Assembly: GCA_032718475.1 (NCBI GenBank)
Contig: JAUCBJ010007917.1
Location: forward strand, 1-60,222
DNA: 60,222 nucleotides
Reading direction: 5' to 3'
Source: Nemertoderma westbladi
Lineage: Eukaryota; Animalia; Xenacoelomorpha
Shown here: in pieces, positions 11,150 to 23,262 of the stretch
How positions within the stretch are numbered: position 1 is the first letter of the stretch
How the letters are laid out: every line of letters starts with the position of its first letter
The notes under the pieces: model-generated
What the model saw: only the letters and a program-made list of their open reading frames with translations
What the model was told of the DNA's origin: nothing
Database searches by the model: none
Position numbers and translations under genes: made by a program

Positions 11150-12856
11150 TACTCATGTCCAACTGACACACCAGATCTATTTCTAACACCCTTCTTGCTT
11201 TTGTGGAGGATGTAGCGGACTTTCCGGTTGCGATGGACTCCCGTCGCTTGCTGATTTTACTTTTTTTTTCATGCTTACTTTTTGTACCCATGGTTCTACT
11301 GATGGACGACACCGAATCCTCTGGATTTACCTCGGTTTCGGTGTTGTTCGAGCCCGCCCATCCCACTAGCTTAATCCCTCGCGTATCTACCAGATAGGGT
11401 CCTATGTACACTCTACTGTATGGCACTATCCCCGATCACCACAATTCAAACAGTTCTGTGGCAACCTCTCTTGCCCTCAATCGCTAACTCACCCTGCCCA
11501 AATCGGACTAAATAATGAAGTTGTTTATTGCATCTACCTTTGCTCCCTTCCTGGCTTCATTGAGGATCCTTCTGGTGGCGATGTATCCTCGTCATAGACA
11601 ATCACTCGTCGCCACGTCCTCCTCCTGAACATCTTGGTCTCCTTGTCTCCTTTGGCGTCACACCGTCAGCCTGCCCGTTGCTGTTCCGGTGGGCCGCTTG
11701 CCTCTTGTAGTCAATGGTTGACTGGTGGCCAGTCTGTGGTTTAGTTTGGATTCATCTACCTTTGCTCCCTTCCTGGCTTTGTTGAGGATCCTTCTGGTGG
11801 TGATGTATCCTAGTCGTAGACAATCACACGTTGCCACGTCCTCCTCCTGAAGATCTTGGTCTCCTTGTCTTGTTTGCCGTTGCACCGTCGGCCCACCCAT
11901 TGCCGTTCCGGTGGGCTGCTTGCCGCTTGTAGCCAATGGTTGGCTGGTGCTCCTCTCGCTGCTCCCATCTCGTTTCGACTTGCGTTTCTTGTCGTCGCGC
12001 ACCCGTCCACCTTCCTCCACTCCAACCAAACCATTGTCTTTCGGCAAATCCGGTGTGGTGGGCCAGTACCTCCTCGTTGTCGCTTCTCGAATCGTCGCGT
12101 CCCTGTCACTGGGAGTACACAGTAAACTCCCCCTCTTCGCAGAACTCTGGGGTGTTTCTCCTTGTTCGCTCATCATTGGCGTCGATGATGGCATATTGTC
12201 GGCTTCACAGTTTTTTTTATCCCGGTTAACTCGTAAGGCTCACGTTGATGGTTTTGACTGTGACGGGATCTGAGTTGGCACAGGATCCCGACAGGTGTGT
12301 GTTATGTCATATAGTGTACGGGTCACTGCGTCTCAGTAACCACAAAAGGCTGAAAGGCCATAGGCTGGTATAATAAAAGAGTTTAGAGTTTATCGTTGTT
12401 AATAATAGCTGATATATATAACTACTGGTAAAGTTACAGCACAATCAGTATATAGCACTGGTGATGACGGTCAAAACTGTCCGACTTCCACAGTAATTAA
12501 TAGCCAACTGAACATAATTAATATTGAGTAACGGTTTTATACACATTGCTTAGAAAGCTTATTATACATTCCTACTTACATGTTGACCTACCAATAGATA
12601 CACGTTAATTGAACATGTGCTGTCCCGCTATTGGTTGATTTTCTCCCTCTGCCACTCCCTATTTTATCTGGCCCTATGCTAGCTTCTTCCCTGAGATTTG
12701 TTGGTATTTATCTCCAAACTGGCATTATGTTGCCCTACATTCTCCTTGGTAAGCAATATTATATTGGATATAATATTGCATACTTACTGTGATTCGTAAA
12801 TCACTTTGTTCTCCATTTTCTCACTGGGTGGTGTGCAGCAGATGGATTCGCTAACA
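11150..12856 (-). mobile_element. BEL/Pao family 2 5' remnant: LTR 12259-12856 plus degenerate gag N-terminus with an internal duplication
   Basis: LTR reads TGTTAGCG...GATCCCGTCACA. ORFs 11109-11426 and 11658-12194 are homologous to 44378-45529. Confidence 0.8.
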
Positions 12857-14689
12857 AATTAAGTAGAATCAATTCGTCATTGATCTGTAAGTTCATACTG
12901 GGCATTATTCAAATAAATATTTGTCACAATGGGGTAAAGAACTTTGATCCTTTGCTTACGAAGCTCACAAAATACGAAAGAATATGGAACACCATAACAT
13001 TCTAGAACATGCATAGCAGCAAGTCATGCTGGCACTTTAGAACTTAGTATAATACCTTCCATTAATTATAATTGAGCAAAACAATCAGAAATTGAATTAG
13101 AACATTTTTCTGAAACATTGTCGGTACATTGTCATGTACCGATGTGGGGTATTACTTTCTAATGAATCTGTAATTGTACACGGCATAACAACATCCGTAT
13201 ACAATAGGCAACGATGACATGTGTATCTTCAGTATCTTTACCCATTAATTTTTTCTCCAAAATTGGGCTACAAACTCCACTAACTCACATGATAATTCAT
13301 TATCCATGAGTTTTCAGGACTAGAGCCTTCTTTTCTCGTACTTGGTCCTGTAACTTGTCACGTTGCCAGTTTATAGTTTTGGTGGATGTGGCACTTCGAA
13401 AGCTAGATTCAGAATGTCTAGAGGAATAGTGGATTCTCTGGTGGTAACCGTGGATGAGGTTTGGGTGGTGCTGTCCCGTTTCCAGTGAGACTGCTCCTCA
13501 TAGCTACGTACGAGCTGAATGATTTGAGTGTGCTGTCTCCGGAACTCATCGAGATGTTTTAGATGTTCCTCAAGTTTTGGAACATCTCATCATCATCCTT
13601 TGGAATTAAGTTTGTGTATGTTTGAGCAGAGGGTTCATATTTCCCGATGGCACTCCGAATCTTTAGTAATTGATAGTTGTTTTCACCTAATGAGGTATTG
13701 GATCGTTTTAGAAGTTTTTCGATCCAGGAATTGGCCTTTTTGTTACGAGCCCTTTTAACATACTGAGTATGTGGGCTACATTATGAATATCGGGTTCCTG
13801 ATCAGATTCTGAGTCTGTCTGACAGTCATTTCCACTGGTAGTGGCTGGTTCGTAATCCATCAATCCATCGCTGCCCGTATAGTGATGTGTGCGATCGTGT
13901 AAAACAGATCTTCATACGTTTTGTACTGTGATTGTACCTCAAGCACGATTATTTGGAATTGTCCCAAGTTGGTTCCTTGAACTTCTACCTCAATGTTCCA
14001 AATACCCACTGCAACTTGGATGATTTCAATAGGAGTAATAGACACTTCCATTTTGGTTAAATCTTATCATATGGTGATTTAATTGACTTGGACGAAGAAT
14101 TTGTAGTTAGATTAGGTTTAAACCACGACTTTATACCAATTCAAATACTCAGATTCTCCTCATTGTGCGTGCTAGTTGAGCGCGGAAGAATGATTTCAGC
14201 CGATTAATCTTGTTTAGAATTTTTCCGGCAGGCGAAATTCCTCCTTTAAATATTTAGAATTCTGCAAGTTCCAGAATTCGCAGGTGAATTTTGCCTGTAA
14301 TATGGATAATTTTGTTACCGTCGACTCCAAATCAGGGTTTTGACGCTGATGTAAATTCCCGGGGGTTACGCTCGATCCCGGAATACTAGTCACCAGAATC
14401 ATTGGTGTTAGAGGAAACTTGAAATTTGTCATGCAGGACGTGAAAAAAGAATAGCTAGGTTGAATGTTGATTTATTCGCCAATTACTGATTCCTCATAAA
14501 TGATCTGATTCTAAATATTTTGGGCTCCCATACACCAAATAATTGGAATAAACACATCACAATAATATACCTACAGTACAAGATAGTTTATTTAGTATTT
14601 TACTTTATAGGATGACAGACTGACTTTATAATAATTTAACCACCCCAACTACGTTTGATACCTATCTGTCCGGTCGGCATCCGTCACGT

Positions 14690-15310
14690 CTGGTGAGGGA
14701 CTGCAGCTTTCCATTAAATTCCGAGTCGTTTTCAGGCTCGTAATAGTTCCGGCGACTGCAGTCCACTCTGTGAGTCTGCATTGGGTGAGGATAGGTGGTT
14801 TCCATTATGTTCTGAGTCCTTTTTCAGGCTCGTAGTAGCTTCGTTTGCCACCAATCACCCTGTCAATCAGTATCCGTCGGGACTGGTGAGGGAATACAGC
14901 TTTCCGTTACGTTCCGAGTCCCTTTCAGGCTCGTAATAGCTCTGTAAACTGCCCTGACACTCCATCTGTTGATGTCTGTTGGTCAAGCGAGGGAATATGG
15001 CTTCCGTTGCGTTCCGAGTCCTTTTCAGGCTCGTAATAACTTCGTAGGCCGTAAACTGCTCTGTTGGTCGTGTAGCGTCGGTTCCAGCCAAGGTATGCGA
15101 CTTTGTGTTGCGTTCCGAGTCCTTTCCAGGCTCATAATAACTCCACAGGCCACAAACCTTGCTTTATCAGCAGTCTTTCGGCCCTTTGCGTGTCCAGTGT
15201 GGCTTGTACTTCGCACATCGAGTGCACTGCTCAGGCAGTCCAAAGTCCAGTCCTGTTCTCTCTGCGGCACCCCATGCTGCTTGGTTCCAAGTCCTTTTCA
15301 GGCTTGTACT
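14690..15310. repeat. Array of 6 conserved hairpin cores (ttccgagtcc-tttc-aggctcgtaatag), mostly ~100 bp apart, with divergent flanks
   Basis: Cores at about 14719, 14810, 14912, 15012, 15113 and 15285. Confidence 0.75.
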
Positions 15311-15651
15311 GCTCACAGCAAGGGCCCCACTTGGGATAAGGTGTCGCTTTACACTAGGCTATGCCTAGGCTAAGCTGTCAGGAACTCTACCTGAAGCCAA
15401 GTTATTGATTTCTTGAACTTCCGGGCCGCTTATTAACTTTTAAAAGCCAACAATTTTAGAGTCAGCTTTCCAAAAAAAACAGCCTGTAATCGAATAATTT
15501 TGTAGCTATGATTTTCTAGTTTTTTGTTCATTGTACCCGGGTTTATTTAGACTTTTCATTTTGTTCAGTTTATAAAATTGGTAGGTACCCAGTACAAAAT
15601 TGAAAATAACGCAAACACTCCCCCCCAAATCCAGAACATGGCCTCCCATTT

Positions 15652-16408
15652 CTATTACTAGGATCGGCATGCTGCATTGCAGCTGCATTTTTAAGAATGC
15701 TGTGCCGGCTTGTCGACAAAATGGTGCCACCACAACTCCCTATCATCCATGACATTTGCTAGATCATCCGCATCTTCAAGGCCAGTGTCCTTTAAGATGC
15801 GTCTCAAGAAAGTCATGGGCTGTCCACCATGCTTATTCACTCCATGAGGCTGCCAAAGTACAAGATTATGCACTGGCTGGTCCTCACGGTGAAAGCATTG
15901 TCCTGCAAAGCGGAGGCGATTTTGTTCTAGTGCCAAGCTTGGGGGAACCAATGAGACACCTCTAATGTTACATAGTGTCTGGTTGGAGATGTGTGCATTG
16001 TACTTGACGCAATGAACCCGGCGTAGCATTCTTGTGAATGTGCCATCTAGAGATTTGGTGTCCTCAGCAGTTAGAGCCCAGCATGGAGTCCCATAGAGGA
16101 GTACTGGAACTACTGCTGCTCTAAATAATCGGACCTTAAGTTTCCGATTAATTCTAGGTGACTTCCAAATCCTGGAAAGCCTATTCAAGGCTGCCCATGC
16201 CTTTCCCTTACATATTCGAAGGTCCTCACCTGACTTCCGGATCCATGATCCCAGGTAACAGAAGTCGTCCACATGCTCAAGCATACCATCCTTTGAGCTT
16301 ATGCTCATCCGATCAGAGACTTGCTGAGGACTTTCAAAGTTAACTGCCAAAATTTTGGTCTTTCTGGAGTTAATAAAAAGACCAACACTAGAAGCAGCAT
16401 GTTCTAAA
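15652..16408 (-). mobile_element. RTE-like LINE 3' fragment (same family as 1-711)
   Basis: ORF 15691-16350 is near-identical to ORF 40-651. Confidence 0.85.
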
Positions 16409-17767
16409 TAACACTTCCGGAATTCATCGCCCCGGCGGCTTTATTAAGTAAAATTTAAGATTAATTGTTAAATTGCAAGGGACAATAATCGTACACTTAT
16501 AAAATGCAAGCACCGATTACAGTTAAATTATTATTAAAATTATACTTATAGCATGTATCTCTTTTACCTTTTAATTAATATTAAAGTATTCTAAAACTCG
16601 CGCGTGCTTTTGTTTAAAATTCAGACCCGACACGCTATGTGTCAACTTAATGAACGACACAGTAAGGAATTCCTGCCATGTTAGAACCCCTGGCCCTATT
16701 CCTGATTTGATACATTTCTTGCTGTACAGTCCATTCAGCAAATTTATCAGTGATGGTATCGGAAAGTTTGCGAACGCCGACTTGAACGAACTTCCCAGAC
16801 CTTGATATTTATGTTTCTTATTTTCTTGTAGTAATATTAACAATAGGTTTTGAATACTTTGGTTTGAACAGCTTGCTATTCGCATAATGACCGCAACAAT
16901 TTCGCGGAAAATTTGCATTCGAAGAGGCATTGTTTGTGTGAGTTGGTGGATAACCTGATTATTCGCATAACAACCTAAGTGCAAAAGCCCACGTAGAATC
17001 TTTCTGTATGTGACGTCCACCCCTTCTTTGTCCTGTTCAGAGAGACCTCCTACAAATAATCTCGTTCTGTATAAAATCTTTGGCAAAGCGTATGACGTCC
17101 AAAGCTTCGCTATCGTATCTAGGCTAAACCACTCAGGGGTCCAACTAAGGCGGTGAAACTCGTTTGCAATTCCATACAATATGCTATCTATTTCTCCCCT
17201 CAGGTTGTCTGAACTGGAAAACAACTTAACTCCAAGAAATTTGATTTGTTCGCAGGGTTTCATTAGTTTTCCATTGATTTCTAGCACATTCGATTCTTTT
17301 TGTTGACTCGATATACTTATCCATTTAGTTTTTGTCTCCACGATCTCCAGATCTATGTTGGAAGTGCCGTCCTTTAAAATGGTGGCCAGACGTGTGATAT
17401 CGGCCTTGTCCGTTGCCAGGAGTAGATAGTCGTCAGCATAGCAAACTGCGCCTAACCACACTGTTGCTATCGTACATCCAATTTGTGACTCCTCCATTGA
17501 GTACATGATATCTGATGTATAAAAGTTGAAAAGTAGAGGCGACAATATTGATCCCTGTTTCACCCCGTTAGATACTGTGAAACCTTTGATGTCTAACTGA
17601 TTACCAAATTTACAAAACATTTCTGTTACTTCGTAATAATTCATTAACAATAGTGTTGTGAAAGGGTCCAAGAATTTAGCTAGTTTTCTGAATAACTTCT
17701 CATGATTGACGCTGTCAAAAGCGGAGGCTATGTCCATTTGGCAGAGATAGATTGGGACCTTCCTCTC

Positions 17768-18201
17768 CATGCTGGGCTCTAACTGCTGAGGACACCAAAT
17801 CTCTGGATGGCACATTCACAAGAATGCTACGCCGGGTACATTGTGTCAAGTACAATGCACACATCTCCAACCAGACACTATATAACATTGGAGGTGTCTT
17901 ATTGGTTCCCCCAAGCTTGACACTAGAACAAAATCGCCTCCGCTTTGCAGGACATTGCTTTCGCCGTGAGGACCAGCCAGTGCATAATCTTGTACTTTGG
18001 CAGCCTCATGGAGTGAATAAGCATGGTGGACAGCCCATGACTTTCTTGAGACGCATCTTAAAGGACACTGGCCTTAAAGATGCGGATGATCTAGCAAATG
18101 TCATGGGTGATAGGGAGTTGTGGCGGCGCAATTTTGTTGACAAGCCGGCACAGCATTCTTAAAAATGCAGCTGCAATGCAGCATGCCGATCCTAGTAGTA
18201 G
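17768..18201 (+). mobile_element. 5'-truncated RTE-like LINE insertion with 7-bp TSD TCCTCTC
   Basis: TSD at 17761-17767 and 18202-18208; (TAG)n tail; same protein as ORF 40-651. Confidence 0.9.
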
Positions 18202-18437
18202 TCCTCTCGCGGTAGCATTCTATACATTCTAGAATCAATGATATGACAAGGTCAGCCCCATTATTTTTCCTATAGGCCGTCTGCAACCCATGAGTTTTTA
18301 GATCCGTGTAAGTAGTTATCCTGTATGCTATTGCTCCTTCCAATACTTTACCAAACACACTTACGAATGAAACTGGGCGATATGATGATGGTTTCTGGGC
18401 GTCCCTTCCACCACTCTTGTAGATACTGCTTATTATA

Positions 18438-18681
18438 AAACGAACGGATGAAGTGGTAGGCATTCACCAGCGGCAGCATAGTGTAAAGATGATAAAAAAA
18501 TAAAGTATTGAGGGTCTTTAGCTGGTTATATTATATTAGATAAAGATACAATAGTAAACGTTTTCGACCTACCGGTCTGCATCACACTATGTACTGGCAA
18601 CTAACAGGAAAAGGTGGGGTCTATATATATATATAAGTTTTAAAGGGGAATACCTGATAGGTGAATCCCAGAAATTGGCTT
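18438..18681 (-). mobile_element. 244-bp insertion with 12-bp TSD CTGCTTATTATA, possibly a Penelope-like pLTR fragment
   Basis: TSD at 18426-18437 and 18682-18693; contains a hammerhead-like fold at 18551-18590. Confidence 0.6.
18551..18590 (-). ncRNA. Degenerate minimal type-I hammerhead-ribozyme-like motif
   Basis: Minus strand reads ATAGT-GTGATGCA-GACC-GGTA-GGTC-GAAA-ACGTTT-ACTAT: stem I, variant CUGAUGA core, stem II, GAAA, palindromic stem III. Confidence 0.45.
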
Positions 18682-20024
18682 CTGCTTATTATAGTTTTGC
18701 CTAATAAAGATGGTATCTTGTGTAGTCGCATAGCTACAGCGAAAACGGTCTCTAATTGAACACTCACATCTATGTCCAAGCATTGTAAATGCTCTGATGT
18801 AAGAGAGGCGAAATCTAATGCTTTTCCATGTGGCAGCAGCCTTATTACTCTGGCGATCTCCGTTGAGCTAAAGATTGGGATCATCGCACCGATACACTTA
18901 TCCTGTAATTCGTTTCGTAACGTTTCGACACCTAAGTTCTAATACCTCAGTTCTAATAATATCAATTCCCATCCCATCTCTATCTTCTCTGCTCAACTAC
19001 CGCTACCACAAAGGAAACTTGAGAAAAAGCGCCTGTAATCTCTAAAACCAAGTCATACAACTGAAGAACAGGCTAAATTCATAAATGGCTGTTACAGCAT
19101 CAATTGCAGTTTTTCAACGAAGCACCAGCGCCTACTGGAATTTTTCGGAATATGAATCAAAACTGTTGCCCACCCACACTTAACACCAATTGTTAAATGA
19201 CAATTGAGTTCACTTGGTGCGTACTACTACTCGAATGACACCTGGAGACGGGAGGGGGGCGGGGCTCGTTTGTGCTTAGGATATGAATTGTAATTGCATC
19301 ATTTTTTAAATACATAATATCTACTATTTTTAACTTATACAACTTTATGTCTTCTTTTATTCGTACAGTGCACTTTTTACTTCATAATTAATTATGTCAA
19401 TTTTAATATATTAATTATAATATTATATTTAATAACTATAATATTAGATATTATGATATAATTATAATATTATATTATAATATAATAAGTTAATTATAAA
19501 CAATAGCTGATTGATATATACACAAGTGAAAATAAATGGAGCAGCTGTGTTCTATGCTGCCGACATGCAATGCCTCCAGTTCCATGTAATGGTCCAAATA
19601 TAGCAACAATATTATAGTTTCCTATCTAGAATTCATTAGAAAATATGTGTAATATAATAAAGGCTTCGCAAAACGATAGGAAATCTTACTTCACAAATGA
19701 GGGTAATAAAGGTTGACTGTTTTTTATGAAATAAAAGGACGGTTCCTTATCGAGCCTTCTAGGCCCGTCACTTGTTGAGTAAGATACCCACCCCTATTGG
19801 GCAAGTTGTGGTCTAGTTTCAGTCAACCATAAAAAGACTCATTCATATCTGTAAAATTTACAGGTGGCAGAAATTTGCAAATTATATGAAAGTACCTAAG
19901 AAAGTATTTAAACAGCAAAATGTGATTCTTTTTAATTTTTTCAACACAGCTTCTTTCCAAAAATATATAAATAATATTCCATTTGAAGCCCAACTTCTCA
20001 CTGCTGGTGGGGGTGGGATAAATA

Positions 20025-20220
20025 GCTATATACTGATTGTGCTGTAACTTTACCGGTACTTATATATATCAGCTATTATTAACAACGATAAACTCTAAAC
20101 TCTTTTATTATACCGGCCTAAGGCCTTTCAGCCGTTTGAGGTTACTGAGACGTGGCGACGCGTACATTACACGACACAACACACCGGTCGGGATCCAGTG
20201 CCAACTCAGATCCCGTCACA
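20025..20220 (+). mobile_element. 3' part of a BEL/Pao family 2 LTR
   Basis: Ends GATCCCGTCACA; matches the reverse complement of ~12259-12455. Confidence 0.75.
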
Positions 20221-20483
20221 ACTAACCCCTTATGTTGTTGATGCCTAATACTCAACTCATGTTGGGATTATTCAACCAATGGGAAGTAACTAACCTGAAA
20301 TGTGGTTGATACCTAATACTCAACTCATGTTGGGATTATTCAACCAATGGGAAATAACTAAGCCGTAATGTGGTTGATCCCTAATACTCAACTCATGTTG
20401 GGATTATTCAACCAATGGGAAGTAACTAAGCCGTAATGTGGTTGATCCCTAATACTCAACTCATGTTGGGATTATTCAACCAA
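20221..20483. repeat. 68-bp minisatellite, about 4 copies, cut by an LTR at 20484
   Basis: cctaatactcaactcatgttgggattattcaaccaa at 20244, 20312, 20380 and 20448. Confidence 0.9.
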
Positions 20484-23262
20484 TGTGAAAAGTCCAGTAG
20501 TATACCACCTACCGGATCCTAGTAACGATGTACCTTTCTGTAAGATCTAGTAGTGTATACGGGCTCGTACAGTATCTCACAACAAATCCCAGTCCAGGAT
20601 GTCTAAACAAACAGATACTAAATACGCGAACTACTACTGGCGAGGAACGGAGCCTGGTGTCTATTCTAATACGTGGGTGAGTCAAATGCCCGGGCGAACT
20701 AGACAAAACAGGATACCCGGCCTCTAACCGGTGAGGCAGATGTACAGTCTACAGTGACAGACCAAACTCACGGGAAAACAATCCCCACGCAGCGAATCCT
20801 AACTATCGCTAACGGACCTAAATACCGTAAACTTGCCGCGGTGTGATTTATATGGTTTATATACGAGCTAGTGGATTAACAGACTAGCGTAAAAATACTA
20901 CTAACAAGCGGTAGCAGACAAAAGGGGGTAGTACCTAAAGTAACAATACTGCTGACAGGGGCAAAGCAGTCAAATGGGTGCTTGCCATCTAAAATACTTG
21001 CCGTAAACTAAATACTAAATATCTCCTAAAATTACAAATACGAATGGTAGAACTGCAGAATAAATCCTATTTAAAGTAACCTAAAGTAAACTAGTAGCTA
21101 GCAGGTCTCGAAGGGGGTATATATGTTTTAGGACGTGTGTGTGTGTGTGTGTGTTACAAATAAAACAATTTTGGTGTATCGCCGTCGTACTAGGTTTTGG
21201 TGATTTCTGACCAAAAACAATACCGGGCGCTAGCTACTAAAATAAGCTAGTCGCGCTCTGTAGAACTTTATACTTACAAAATGACGTCAAAGCTCTCTCC
21301 TTCCTATCCACAACTCAACCGGGCAATTACGGTGTTAGTAACTACATCCGTGATCGGCACAAATACCAGATTCTGGTTGTAAGATAAGAAATAGGTGTTA
21401 ATTGCTACCGTACGTTAGCTGATCTGGTATACAATTTGATTCTAGAATTTTGTTGCTGCGGTGGTTAGCAGCAAATACCTATCAGTACATGGCAAGGCGC
21501 GGTAGGATATTAATAAACCTCCCTAGGCCAAGCGAAGTGCTGGTAGCAGAAAGCTGCTCCTTGCCTGATCAAATATTTCGGGCTCAGACAGGGGTGGGCA
21601 AATGTATAAACTACAAAGTGAACCGGTACAGAGCTGTCAGTACTGCAAATCACCAAATTATGGAACTTGTGCTGTCTGCACCTAAAGTGTACTTGCGCGT
21701 ACTGACGAACAGCAATAGTTCACACCTGTAGGAGATACAGGTTAATCCGGGGATTTTGCTTGTTTGCTCCTGTCTAAGTCTAAAATATTCGATCCTAAAT
21801 TTTACGGCGTCCCAGGACGGCGTCACGCTTACCCTGATCTATAGGTCTTACTGCGGACAAGGGCGTCAAACAAAGTCTTACCTTCCTCTGAAGTGGGCGC
21901 TGTATGGCAAGAAGGGGGCATGCTTCGAACGGGCGCGCGGGCAAATCTAATGTGGGCGCTTAGCGTGTTGTGGACATCTTTCCCTGCGTTGCTGACGGCC
22001 TAACGGTTTAGGCAGCCATCTCTCAAATGTTTGGCTGTCCCAAAGGTGGACGAGACAAAATATACATGTTCAAAGTTTACAGTATATTTACGTAATTTAC
22101 AAAGATTTATCAAACAAATTTACTAATAAGTTTCAACAAGAAACTAACAAATATAACTAGTGAGAGTGTTATTAGAAATAACAAGAGTGATAACTGAAGG
22201 CAAACCAGCCCTTATATAGTAAATCTGGGACATAGAATCCGCTAGAACCTTCCAGAGCATTCCATGGCCTCACATTGGAGCAATAAGATGTTCCATGCCC
22301 TATGATTGGCCCAACTCATCATTCCATACGTTGTACGCACCTCATTGGCTTATCTAATTAGATCAAATGAAAATAAATTGCCCAAAAATGCAAATTTCCC
22401 GACTGGGATTCGAACTCATAACCTATCTGTAATGTAACCAACGCCTTAACCATCTGACCACTGCACCATTAGATTACCTACGGGTTTATGTGTACCAATA
22501 TGAATAGGCATATTACATTACTGTAATTTAATCAAAATGCGTCTGATTTTAGAAAGTTTTTACATTAAACTACAAGTGCTACTTTATAGTGAAATAATCC
22601 ATCACCGCTCCATGAAAACAGTAAGTAAGACTGTTTTCACCAATCGAAATATAAACTATTTACAAATATTTCTTAAGTCTAATAGTGGGGCCTAAAATAA
22701 TCACTACCTAATTATTGCATACTTAATATTGCAGATACGGCGTAAATACAATCTATCATACATACAAAATACAAATTTACCAATTAACTTTAGTGCATAA
22801 AATACAAAAAAATTAGCTTTCGGTTATCAAGATAAGCAAATTAAACAAATTAGAACAAATCAAAACAAATAATTTCAAAGCTTTCGATAATTCTTTCATA
22901 TATTACAAATATACATAATAAACTTTCCAAATTAAATCACTTCGAATATAAACAAACATAATGCGCTAATAATTTCCTAATAAGTCTTAAAATGTCCTCC
23001 TGACGATCTCAAAAGTTCGTCCTACTGGTCTAGATATCTTCTCCTGAGCGCTAATTGCTAATGGTAGGCTCGCAAGCCTTCCTTTCTCCAGCATCTCGCT
23101 CTCTACGCTTTCACTCCTCAACGCCTTCACCCTTTTATACAATTAATCGGTGACTTCGGTCTAGCTGGGCTTGGGCTCCTACGTCGAGTTGCCTGCGGTT
23201 CTAGAATACCGGGAAATGAAACGACCGCCGTCTCTTTGGGTTCGGTTTGATCATAGGATATC
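20484..23262 (-). mobile_element. Older BEL/Pao family 1 copy, 3' part: 3' LTR (20484-22604), 3' UTR and internally deleted ORF3 end
   Basis: Colinear, diverged match to 23263-26290, then jumps to the 29081-29112 homologue; continues at 42365. Confidence 0.85.
22396..22467 (-). ncRNA. tRNA-like A/B-box cassette in the old LTR
   Basis: GGTGCAGTGGTCAGATGGTTAAGGCG...GAGTTCGAATCCC. Confidence 0.6.

Larger units (their letters stand above)
16571..18900 (-). mobile_element. Non-LTR retrotransposon RT region (clade uncertain) split by two insertions
   Basis: ..GKALDF..KTIISSIYKSG..SYRPVS..QTAYR..MDIASAFDSV..GVKQGSILSPLLF..YADD..KFLG. The frame is restored when 17768-18208 and 18438-18693 are removed. 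Confidence 0.85.

Noticed and set aside
12860-14460. Possible degraded coding region
   Set aside because: Only short ORFs and no recognisable motif.
14735-15130. Shared AGGCTCG heptamer between the hairpin array and the 20-nt BEL motif
   Set aside because: Only 7 nt in different structural contexts; compatible with chance.
14690-15310. CRISPR-like repeat/spacer array
   Set aside because: Eukaryotic context, no cas genes, degenerate repeats, and spacers that are partly homologous and pair across the core.
16571-18463. ORFs 16571-17815 and 18101-18463 as complete proteins
   Set aside because: Their ends are chimeric read-through into the inserted RTE copy.
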